A DNA stretch of 61,439 nucleotides, the filler included, from Choristocarpus tenellus KU-1152 (Eukaryota; Protista; Phaeophyceae): NCBI GenBank assembly GCA_964200185.2. It is 7 parts of 7 records of this genome, joined end to end, with 100 filler letters (N's around TTAATTAATTAA, not from the genome) between each part and the next. Parts side by side here need not be neighbours in the genome. Positions count along the whole stretch, not along the records: positions 36,957 to 40,032 come from CAXNAD020022498.1; positions 40,133 to 44,762 come from CAXNAD020013721.1; positions 44,863 to 51,786 come from CAXNAD020007048.1; 4 more parts are not named here. One strand, written 5' to 3'. Position 1 is the stretch's first letter. Each line of letters opens with the position of its first letter. This document shows, in pieces, positions 37,327 to 48,286 of the stretch. The notes under the pieces were generated by a model, which had not been told where the DNA came from, ran no database searches, and worked only from the letters and a program-made list of their open reading frames with translations. The position numbers and the translations under genes were made by a program.

Positions 37327-38227
37327 TCATGCAACAGATATGCCAGTACTATGCAGGAATCCCAAGTGTGTAGTTGGTTTGCCTTTTGTCCCATCCTTCA
37401 GGCAATAGTATCAGAGTGCTGATTTCCAATATCAACACATCAAAAAATTGATAGTCGTCATATGATGATATTGAGAGGGTAGAGTTCGTAGTTACTAAGA
37501 GCGACATATCTATGCCAATAATATGAATAGCCTATCATCCACTTTTAGAGGCAATATACATATGCACATTGATCCTACATCATACCCAACACTGTCAATG
37601 CTGTTATTCATCGCTTCCACGACAAAAAATTGTGCACCATGTAGTATGGAACTGCTCTATAGACTGTGCACAGGGCAAGATGTACCCTGTTTTGGCAGGG
37701 GCTGCTTTATGGTTTATATATTTTTTTACAAAGGTCAAGCGACACAAGGCTCTAATGGTGCTAATTTTTTTTGTGACTTTTCATTTCAGCATCACATTTC
37801 AACCTCGGGCCAGTAGGAGGTAATCCGCAAGTCAGGTCACAAACATACAATTCAGTACTCCTGATGGTATATATGCATGAGACCCTAACCACATCATTAG
37901 GTTTGGCAACATCGCTGAATGCAATGTATAGTGTGACCCACAAAACAAACACACCACATATAAACACTACAGGGCAAGTGCGTAACAAAGGGTCATTGCC
38001 AGATCAACAGCATTTGGTTGTACTAGGTTGATGATTAGGAGGTATGTAAGTGTAGTCCCACTAACGTTGTGGGGTGAAAATCCTCAACCAACTTTACCTG
38101 TCTAAAAAACAACGGATATGAAGATGGGGGCTTCAAACACCCGTACTGAGTCAGACTGGTGTAAATTCCTGAAGACGTAATACCATTCACAAGGCTTAGC
38201 TTTTTCATATATTCACACCTTCCTCAG

Positions 38228-38341
38228 GCAACACAGGAGCTGATTGAGGCCGCAGCACACAAATGGAGGGAGGTAGAGGGAGACTACCGTGATGATATTA
38301 CAGCTGTAGTTGTACGCCTTCCATGTTTCCCAGACAAATGA
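38228..38341 (+). CDS. Last exon of a PP2C/PPM-family protein phosphatase
   Basis: Acceptor TCCTCAG then ATQELIEAAAHKWREVEGDYRDDITAVVVRLPCFPDK*; DDIT plus beta strand is the PPM C-terminal metal-binding motif. Confidence 0.85.
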   Translation, partial: ATQELIEAAAHKWREVEGDYRDDITAVVVRLPCFPDK

Positions 38342-38758
38342 GGGAGCTGTTGAAGTCATCATAGCCTATTCAAAGCAGAGCATCTTACAAGTTGAATGAA
38401 TATTAAGGGATAAACGTGCACTCCTTACCTCCACCAAAGCAACAGGTTGTGAGGCATTGAGAGGTGTGGAGCAACATGAGAAGCCAAAATTTGCTGCATT
38501 ATAGACATGACAACAGTGAGGGGAAGGGGTGAGTATAGATCAAGACAGGTTTGTGGGTAGTTTTTTCAGTGCGAAGCTCACAGGGAAGTAGATGGATTCT
38601 TGCCCAGTCCAGGACTCCATGCCCTGCTTATTCACACCTATGTAGAGACTGGTTTGGATGTTGTATTGAGTTGAAAGGTTAGGTTAGTATCCACCCACTT
38701 TGACCATTAATGTGTAATACAACGGTGCAAACATACAAGCTCTTAGAACAAAGCCAAA

Positions 38759-39016
38759 GAGCCAAAGTATCTTAGAGGGTAGAATCGCGTCCATTTAGGG
38801 AACAAAATCCAATGTTGCGATTTTGATGTAGTTTTGAGTATTCTGTTTGTTAGGAAGTGTCAATATCCTTGTTACGGACGCACCTTTTCATGACGTACAC
38901 ATTTACCTACTCCGAAACATTTGTAATAGGAAGATGTCATACAAGTACTCCATGGGAAGCCAAGCCCCAAATGGACAAACAGGGCAAAATTCGTACCCCC
39001 TAAGATACTTTCACTC
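38759..39016 (+). mobile_element. MITE family A
   Basis: Full TIRs; 4-bp flanking duplication CAAA/CAAA. Confidence 0.92.
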
Positions 39017-39350
39017 CAAAGCAGTGTATAGTAGCGTTGGGATGTCAGCCCACCCTGACAGATGTGAGGAAAGAAAAATGGCATGCCAACCTTTAAGAAA
39101 TGCATAGAAACCCTGCTCTGCAATTATCCCCTTCTTTCTGTTACGTGAATTTAGATAATATCCTGAACATCATGTGCATCACCGCAAGCAGCATAAGAGG
39201 CCTTGATGTATTATCAGGTCTTGTTACATATATCTGCTTGTGATTAGGTGGAAAGTCATCATTATACAGAGGGCCAGAGCACCCCAGCACACACATGATG
39301 TAAATGGTGTACCAGAATAGAGGTACGTTAACCGTGGTAGGGTGCAGTCC

Positions 39351-39534
39351 GACCCAAAGTATCTGGGGGGGGCAGGGGGCGGTCTACACCAAGGTGTTCA
39401 TTTGGGACAAAACCAGGAAAAGTGCATTTACATTACCCATTCGTCGTACGCAACCAAATCACCCAAAAATCGCAGCATGAAAAAGTTGACCCCAAATGGA
39501 CAGTCGCCACACCTCCCCCCAGATACTTTGAACC
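39351..39534 (-). mobile_element. MITE family B, full length (~184 bp)
   Basis: GACCCAAAGTATCTGGGGGG...CCCCCCAGATACTTTGAACC. Confidence 0.9.
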
Positions 39535-39755
39535 TCAGTGGACTATATCACTGACAGAGGAGGGGTACATCAGTAACAGAAGAATCGATTAAGTTGGGGG
39601 CCTTGAGCTGTGAATTCTTCGTGGCTGACAACCCTGTCCTACAAAACCCTAAATCACCATCCCAAGTCGGTTATATCATTGAGTAGCAAATACATATGTT
39701 GATGTGAAGTAACCACAAGAATTTAATGGAGTGTAGGCACAGGGCGATAAAAACC

Positions 39756-39959
39756 TTAATGGGTATAGTCTCTTATCCAGTTCAGTAACAAAATACAATA
39801 AATAATAGCAAATTTACCGACGCCATCAATTTCTACGGATTGCCCAGCCTGTAATAATTCAGAAAGGCCACTTGAAAACATATTAACGAAAGTCTCGGCA
39901 GTAGAGAAGTCAATACCGTACCTACTAGCTGAATATTCTATAAAACCTAATTTATCCAT
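39756..39959 (-). pseudogene. Bacterial-type HU/IHF histone-like protein, N-terminal half only
   Basis: MDKLGFIEYSASRYGIDFSTAETFVNMFSSGLSELLQAGQSVEIDGVGKF fits the HU helix1-helix2-beta1 pattern (M.K..l...ia......A...v..f...i...L..G..V.l.GfG.F). Similarity stops after GKF (39810). AT-rich, intronless, purine-rich AGAGGGG upstream. Confidence 0.7.
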
Positions 39960-40032
39960 AATCAAAATCTCTAACCCCTCTTTTGAATTATTATTTTAAA
40001 TCCTCAATAATTTCTAAATCATATTTATTCTT

Positions 40033-40132
40033 NNNNNNNNNNNNNNNNNNNNNNNNNNNNNNNNNNNNNNNNNNNNTTAATTAATTAANNNNNNNNNNNN
40101 NNNNNNNNNNNNNNNNNNNNNNNNNNNNNNNN
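40033..40132. other. Artificial contig spacer
   Basis: 44N-TTAATTAATTAA-44N. Confidence 0.98.
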
Positions 40133-41978
40133 CCCCCCCCCCCCCCCCCCCACCAACAACAAAGCCCCCCCCCCGCCCCCCCCCCCCCCCCCCCCCCGCC
40201 CCCCTAATTCCTTCACTTCAATCACTCTTCAGGTCTGGTGTTCTGTCAAGGTCTGAAATCCCCTAAAAAATTGGACCACTTCTTCACGGACCAGACAGAG
40301 CTGGAGTCCAAGTTTTGAACCAACTCAGGACTCACCTCTACGCACAGACTCCAATCAAGCTATAATCACTCACCCATGGCTACCAACAGTGTTACCAAAA
40401 TCCTGATCGGGCTCACATTTACCTCTCTACAAAATCTACGCCATTCAGTATGAATACCTCCATGCACCACCGTTTCACTTCAGGTTGGTACTGGAGCAAA
40501 CTCAACACCAAAACCGGTACTGGAAGCTGTACCTAACCAATCAAAATCATTGATGCACAAACAACCCTGTACCCAAACCACTGCGACCTCAATACCAGTC
40601 GCGCATGGAACCCGACCTGACACTCAATTGCATCGGAACTGACCCAGGACTTGCACTGCAGACCTTCGAACCAACCTGTACCTCAATCAGCTCTCAGACC
40701 TCGCCAGGAAACCCACACGGGGACTGAAAACACAAACCATGCACAAAACTGTTGTACCAGATTATACTCAAGGCTTCAGGTTCGACCTGAGCTTTCAAGC
40801 AGCGGTCACATCCTGCACTGCACCCAAAACCTCTTCAATGAGTCCGACCATTGGATTGTACCTATGTACCTATGTCAAGGCAATGACATTCAGTCCTTTG
40901 GAAAACTTGGGACTACCGGTTGCCCCTCCTCCTCAACCCTCCTCTCTACCCCATCGCCCTCTCTCTCCCCCCTGCCCCACCCCCACCACATCATATTCCC
41001 AGGTTTTACCAAGGACTTCAACTCACCGTTCTTGGGTTGCCAGCTTGGTCATACCAAAGTGATGTGCAAGTGACGCTGTTGCCTGTGGCGAAATAGATAC
41101 AACCACGACCTTGTACCTTTGCAATAAACAAACAAACAAAAAAGCATATCATTTTTTTGTTGTCTTTTCATCTAGACAGGAAAGGACTAGTACAGTTAAA
41201 ATACAGTTACAGCGTTAACTAAAAGCAAGAAAAAATATTTTTCTTTCTTAAACAGCTGTACAACTAATGTGTTTGTACGTGTGCATCGCCAAGGAAAAGA
41301 GGGGAGAACAAAAAAAAAAATCCAAAAATAAACCATACATAAATCTAAATATTTTTGAACGTCCAATAGGATACTTCAGATTATGCGCACTCGCATACAT
41401 TTCATTTTTTTATTGTCATTGTAGTACTTACACACATATCAAATAAAAACAACAATGTTGCGTACCCTTTCACGCCGACACCGTGCCTCAAAAAAAATAA
41501 TTAAAGTCGTGACTTTATGGTAGGCAGATCCATTCAGCATCAAGCCACAAAAAACAAGATACTTGAGAGCACCTCATCGATCCATTCCCATCATATTCTT
41601 CCCACAATCTCTCGATTTTCTTACTCAAACTTCATCTTTTTTTTTTCCTCAGGTTTTCATTTCTTTTTTTTTAACTTCCTGGTGAAGTATTTTACTCACT
41701 AAACACGGTATTGCAAGTACAAAATAATTCGAATGCAAGTGTCAGGTCGGACGGCCAGAAGGGTACACACCTCATAGAAGCCACCCAAACCCTACAAAAC
41801 CCCTTGCCTACAACAAAGAACCCTTCAGGACTGACCCACACAAAACGATGAGATGGAAAATACAAAGACCATACGGAGACCATGTGACAGAGATTATACG
41901 ACACTAGCGAATACAATGCAAACTGTTGGAAATTAAAAAAAAAAAAGTGGCAGCTAAAAAAAAAGAGGAAAAAAGGAG

Positions 41979-42027
<49 letters not shown>

Positions 42028-42360
42028 AGAAAGAAAAAAGGGGGGGGGGGGGGGGCACAAAGGTAACGAACCATTCCCAACACAACCTTTTTCGCATCAT
42101 ACACACACATTACTTACTCAACGGACACCCTAACGCTCCCTAATGCTCCCGGCGCACGAAAGCACTCTACTTTCCTCCAGTGTAAGGATACACTGTCATC
42201 AATAGTGCCTTCACAACAGTACACACAACCCTTAGTCTTAGTCTCTAGTCGGAATAATCCTGCCGCAGGAGTCACTACATACTGCTTTGGTGACACTACG
42301 CAGTGCAGTACCTCGAGAGCATTTCTGCTCTCCTCGCGTGTTCTACTTTCACCTTACAAA

Positions 42361-42668
42361 TATTATATATATATTAACATTGCTAATATCATTCTTGTTA
42401 CTAATATTATCATTACTAACATCATTATTACTACTAATATTATATATATATATTAACATTGCTAATACTATTCTTGTTACTAATATTATCATTTCTAACA
42501 TCATTATTACTATTAATATTATATATATATATTAACATTGCTAATACTATTCTTGTTACTAATATTATCATTACTAACATCATTATTACTACTAATATTA
42601 TATATATATATTAACATTGCTAATACTATTCTTGTTACTAATATTATCATTTCTAACATCATTATTAC
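42361..42668 (+). repeat. AT-rich tandem repeat, 77-79-bp unit x ~3.9
   Basis: Units start at 42361, 42438, 42517 and 42596. Confidence 0.95.
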
Positions 42669-43704
42669 ACTCCGAGTACACTATACTTCAATTACTTGTA
42701 GTAATCTGAGGGGTCCCAAAACCCGTGGTCAAAAGGTAGAGGAGAATCAACAATACAACACAATGAAAAAAGAACATACACGAATAAAAAACAAAAAAAA
42801 GATACCTACCGATAGCACACCAACACTGAGAAACAGTTAAGGGGATGCTACCCAATAAAAAGTTAACATATTAAAATACTTCATGTAATTCTTATCAACA
42901 TTTTCATCGCCACTTCACCCTAGAACACACATATGAGAGGGCACAGCACACATCTAGTCAGAAACAAAATGCTTATAGTGTGAAGTCCAGAGTCTCCATA
43001 CATCTTTACCTTACATACTACTGTGTAGTGATACATAGAACCATAAGCTGTCCACAGATATCACGGACAAATATTTAGTATTGCCAAAATGTAACTGCCA
43101 CTGCAATCCTGCCACAAGCACCCCAAAACAACATACTATTTTCTTAATTGTTGTACAATACGCAGGTACTATTATATTTCAATAGTCAACATTTCCCCAC
43201 CTTTGGGAGGCGATGGCCTGCAAAAACTTGTCGGTACTCTGTTGGGTAATCAGAACGGTCTCCGCTGATGTCACACAGCCACTACCAACAGCATGCCACA
43301 AAAATAATTGGAACATTGGGTTGGGAGGGGAAAGGGAAGGGGAAGGGGCAGGGGAATATTAGATGGGAAAAGGCAAGGTAAAAAAAAAAAAAGATAATAA
43401 AAAAAAGAAGATATATATATGCAGGGGATGGGGGAGAATAAGGGGCCAGTGGCAGAGGACAAACTGGCAGAGGTTTTATTATTTAAAATGGCAAGAACAA
43501 GGTGAAAAAGAATTTAAAATATTTTTTTTTAAATAACAAAAAAAATCCAAGGAACTGGAAGAGATGTTTGTACCGGTATGGCACTTGATTGTGCGATTGG
43601 ATTGGAGAGAGGGGTTGTGTGTATGCTCCGATTCATATCTAATTTGTTTGTGTGCATATGCTTATGCACATTATCGTACAACCCACACAACAAATAGTAT
43701 TGCA

Positions 43705-43978
43705 GGCTCAAAGTATCTGGGGGGGGGGGGGGGGTGGTGATGGTCCTTTTGGGGCCCTTTTTTNNNNNNNNNNACAAAAAAGATGGGAGGGGAGGGGGAG
43801 GGGGGGGGGGGGGGGGGGGGGGGGGTGATGACTGTCCATTTGGGGCCCATTTTTCGATGTCGCAATTTTTGTGTGATTTGGTTACATGCGTCGGATGGAT
43901 AATGTAAGTGCAATTTTCCTGGTAAGGGCCTGAATGAGCACCCTGGTGTAGACAACCCCCCCCCAGATACTTTGAGCC
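43705..43978 (+). mobile_element. MITE family B spanning a 10-N gap
   Basis: Perfect TIR GGCTCAAAGTATCTGGGG / CCCCAGATACTTTGAGCC; 4-bp duplication TGCA/TGCA. Confidence 0.9.
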
Positions 43979-44104
43979 TGCACATGAACACTCAGTAACA
44001 GCACCAAAATAAACAGATCAACCTCACCCCCCCAGGCACTCCCTTTCCGAGATGGCAGTACAGGTCAGAAAGCCGTACACATTTGTGCACACACATGTGA
44101 AACA

Positions 44105-44230
44105 AACTACAATGTTTTTATAACACTCTCTAACTATTATGTTTTTCTAATACTCCATGTTCTTCTAATCTAACTGGTATGTTTTTCTAACCCTAACCCT
44201 AACTACTGTGTTTTTCTAATACTCTCTAAC
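44105..44230 (+). repeat. ~27-bp imperfect tandem repeat
   Basis: Recurrent CTAACTA..TGTTTTTCTAATACTCT. Confidence 0.75.
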
Positions 44231-44257
44231 AAGTAAAAAAAAAAAAACACGAGCGTG

Positions 44258-44335
44258 CACACACAGGCACACACAGGCACACACAGGCACACACAGGCAC
44301 ACACACACGCACACACAGGCACACACACACACACT
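44258..44335 (+). repeat. (ACACAGGCAC)n / (CA)n microsatellite
   Basis: Direct repetition. Confidence 0.9.
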
Positions 44336-44762
44336 GACATGCATACACGTACCCACAAAAAATAAACATGTTGATACAAAATACATCAAGTAGAGCAGAA
44401 CCAGTAAAGAGCCGAAGCAATTGAAAGGCAGGCAAAGATTTATTTTTACTTCCTAAGGGTCCTGACAAACAAATGGATGAAATGCGCTGTTCTTGTACAA
44501 CAATTGCATGAAGGGTCTTTGCCGAAACGTGGTATCAATTTTGTTTGCAAAAAAAAAACGAAAAACGCCAAAGTGGGACACTGTCGTGCACAAAAAGAAA
44601 TGAAATAAAGGCGTACAGGAAAGGATAAGAAAAATAGGCTTCAATTGCCAGAGGAAAAAAAAAAAAAGATGTCAATTTCTCATTTTTTTTTCAATCAAAA
44701 TCATCACAGGGAAAAAAAAAAAACAAAAAAAATAAAAAAAACAAAAAAAAAAAAAAAAAAAA

Positions 44763-44862
44763 NNNNNNNNNNNNNNNNNNNNNNNNNNNNNNNNNNNNNN
44801 NNNNNNTTAATTAATTAANNNNNNNNNNNNNNNNNNNNNNNNNNNNNNNNNNNNNNNNNNNN
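44763..44862. other. Artificial contig spacer
   Basis: 44N-TTAATTAATTAA-44N. Confidence 0.98.
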
Positions 44863-44883
44863 AAAAAAAAAGGGGAGGGGAGA

Positions 44884-44932
<49 letters not shown>

Positions 44933-45554
44933 AGGTTCAGGGGGGCATGTCTCACAACAGCACACAATAAACAAAAAGGCACTTTATCCTGGATTTCTTT
45001 CAGCCATCATTCAAGCTTTGTCTGGATTGCTTTCAAGTACAGGCAACCTGACTTTTCAAATTTTGCAGGAGTTGGTACAAAGGTCTTGTGATTTCAACCC
45101 TCAAACTTGGACGTGGACTCACGAGCGAGAAGTGTCTTACTTGTAGCGAACTGCAGTGTGACAGCATCCTCACTACAGTTGTCTCAAAACACACAAGGGA
45201 GGGAGGAAGGTTGAAGTGCACACAGGGGGTTACATTAACGCCTTGACACTGACAGGATGGCAAGGCAGAGCAAACAAGGGATGGAACACTAAAAAATCTA
45301 ACATGCTGCACTATGCTTGTGCAAATGTACTGTTGCAAGAGGCATAAAGTATGTAGGTAGTGTTATGCATCATGAACAAGGGGCATCAATAAGAAAAGGA
45401 TCACCACACCTACCCTCCAAAAGGCAAGTTCTCCAAACGGGGACTGGGGGGGGGATGGGGCAATGGCAACAGTTTACATCACTGTGCCACTCAAGAATGC
45501 CTAGAAATAGGAAACTTGCAGTGAAATATTTTTTTCATCTCTCAGTCCCTTTAC

Positions 45555-46640
45555 CTTGAGAAGAACAGTGTTCTGCAGCATGTTGCTGAGATTAACCGCT
45601 TCTTGAAGGGATGTCTCTACAGCCACGTCATAAACTCTTGCGTTCAGCACCTGCACCACATAGTATCGAATACGACATGAGGAGCGTGTGACAGGGGGGT
45701 AGGAGATGCAACATACAGGCAGATCGGGCAAAAAATGGTAGGGGCATATCAGGTGACAGGGAATGGCCAGCACTGCATGGAAGGAGTGAAACTGCACAAG
45801 TGAGGGAGTTGCATTGTATACCACACGTAGCTCAATTTTTTTCAACCTTGAAACTGGAGTGGGCAGTTGACTTCCCTAAGGGTGTTTCCTCATTGAAGGG
45901 GTGGATACTGGAGATTGCAAGGTACCGAAGAGGTTTGCGAGAGGTAGGGTTAAAGCAATTTTTTACCCTCCTTTTCGGGGATTTGACCATAAGGAAGGAT
46001 CGACAACAAGAATTTTTCGAAAATGTCGCTGCTCTTCTTCATGCCCTCCATTTCAATAGTTATGGTTTATCACGCTGCGTAGTCTGTGAGTAAGGATGTT
46101 GCACGAGTTGATATTGAAGGATGTGATAGCGAGAACAGCTAATTCTTCACTCGGAAGAGTACGAGTGCTTTGAAAATTTGCCATCGAGAAGGCCAACAGG
46201 GCGTTGGATAGGAAGATAAATCTCCAACAAATACACCAGATTCCTTTATCCATTTGCACGGGTCGTGAACCCCTTCAGTATGCTGCATTAGGCTACCGTA
46301 TAAAAACAGGTTTCACAGTTGGTGTATAGAGGGTAAGCACGAGTCTTCTCCAACAGTCCAAAAAGCTTCTGCATAACAGTTAGCTGTGCAACACATGAAC
46401 TAGGAACTTGACCTTGTTCAGGTACCCTTCAAGCGGCTTCTTTCGTGATGCTGGACTAACAGCTGGCACATAAGCTGTAGAAGGGGTTGATGACTCTTCC
46501 AGAGCCTCAAAAGCATCTTCGGCTGCCACCTGACTATCAGCTTCCAACTGACTACTCAATAACCTAGCACCCGTTCCTCCATAGTGCGCCCTGTTGGCAG
46601 TTCCAATGTGAATCCTCCTCACCGATGTAAGCGATCTCAT
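45555..46640 (-). CDS. ilvA: Biosynthetic threonine dehydratase (threonine ammonia-lyase), first two exons; remainder off contig
   Basis: Exons 46640-46413 and 45650-45555 give ...EGYLNK|VLNARVYDVAVETSLQEAVNLSNMLQNTVLLK, the IlvA/ILV1 N-terminus preceding the REDxQPVFSFK PLP motif. Confidence 0.85.
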
Positions 46641-48286
46641 CCTTCTGCGTGTCCACGCTTACAAGAGTCAAACACCAATGGAGTGATAGTATGTTTGAGA
46701 AATTGTTAAACTTACAGCATCATCCTCCCCCTCATCACTACCCACACTGACTCTCGTTCTGATTGGAAGAGGATGATCCACGTTGTGTGACGTTGGTTCG
46801 AGGTATGTATATACATACACAACACCTATATATTGGTAAGAAGTATGTATATCTCCACAATCAATATACCACAAATATTTATTAATATATTTTCAACTTG
46901 AAAACACATCACCAACAACAGAATACCCAACATATAAATCTAAGATCTCCCAACTACAACTGAATTTTAACCTCCGATTTCAGTATTGAACTGCCGATTT
47001 CTCAAGCAAATTGACCAACCCCACATATTTTGTCAAATTATGGTCGATTGACTCCCCCACCCACCAACTGCTGACCACCCACTCTGGAAAATGATACCAT
47101 TATCGATTTCTGAACATAAAGTCCGTAAGCGGGCAAAATGTTGCGAGGGCGAGGCTGGTATTTTCTTCCTCGTGATCGATTCAGAAGAGTTTGGACAGGT
47201 TGCAGTTCCTAACTGGTGTGACAACGATCAGTTTGAAATAGGGTGTTTCCATGAGTTGGGATAGTCCAAGTCCTCTCTCTTTGCAAGCATCGGAGACATT
47301 CGAGAACAAAGATGGGAAGACACGTGAGGTCAACTTTGAGTAGAGGCATGACGAGAAGAAGGCCCACATGTCGGAATTCTTGCATACGCTGGATGGGCGG
47401 AATCGCGAGAAGTTGGATGGGAGGAGATCATGGAATTTTGTGACAAAGTGAAGGAGACCTTCAAGGAGGTGGTTGAGACGAAGTATAGGAGGGGAAGTGA
47501 ATGAGCTGATACCAAAGGTAATTTCGATGTGAAGATGAGGAGCTCAGAAGTAGAGGTCAGACCCACTACTCTCACCCTGCCAGGTAGATTGAATGCTGCG
47601 ATTCGCACTCCCCAAGGGAAACTTACCGGCGCAGCAGGCCTCGAGGAAGCGGCGAAAAGAGTCTGCAGCGAATGGATTATATTTTTCCCACCCTCTACAG
47701 CAGTGTTGGAAATGATGCCCCCCTTGGCTCCATCCTCTATACACTTGTACCTTTTTTTTCTGGGTGTAATACGTAATACACCATATCCACGGCAACTTTT
47801 CCAGGTTGAACTCAAACAAAGAGACAATGACAGGATAGTTTCTATCAAAGGCGCTGTAGCTTACGTTCGGTCACTAAAGGCAAAGTTGCACAGGAATTGC
47901 AACCTGTATGACCAACTGGGAGTGAAGGCTTTAGGGCTGACGATGCACTCGGTGCTATTGGTAGGAGCCTGAAGAGAGTAATTGGTGAGCCGTACCAGCA
48001 CTACAAGACCAAAGGTATTGGTTGAAGAATTTAACAGACATTTATAAGTGTTGCGATAGGTACCGAGTCAAATTCGTAGTAGTTTGTGGTCCGTATCACT
48101 GCTGCTATAGCCTGGTAAGGGATATATGGTAGGAGACTAGTTCTACAAGGAGAAGAAGCAGCAAGGTGATGTTTTTCAGAGGAACTCCAAGGACGATGTA
48201 ATGGTCTCGTAAATGATATTTTATGTGTTGATGGTAACTATGGGGGCATCTTGTTGGTGGCACACACTGGCAAAGTGCTTCACAAG

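Noticed and set aside
40133-41100. Pro/Thr-rich ORFs suggesting gag or mucin
   Set aside because: Explained by C/A strand skew; interrupted by stops; no zinc knuckle or other motif.
41940-42056. Long poly-A and poly-G runs (also 40133-40205, 44720-44928)
   Set aside because: Low-complexity tracts, several at contig ends; lengths unreliable and possibly sequencing artefacts.
42361-42668. Possible CRISPR array
   Set aside because: Units are near-identical along their full length with no unique spacers; no cas genes; eukaryotic context.
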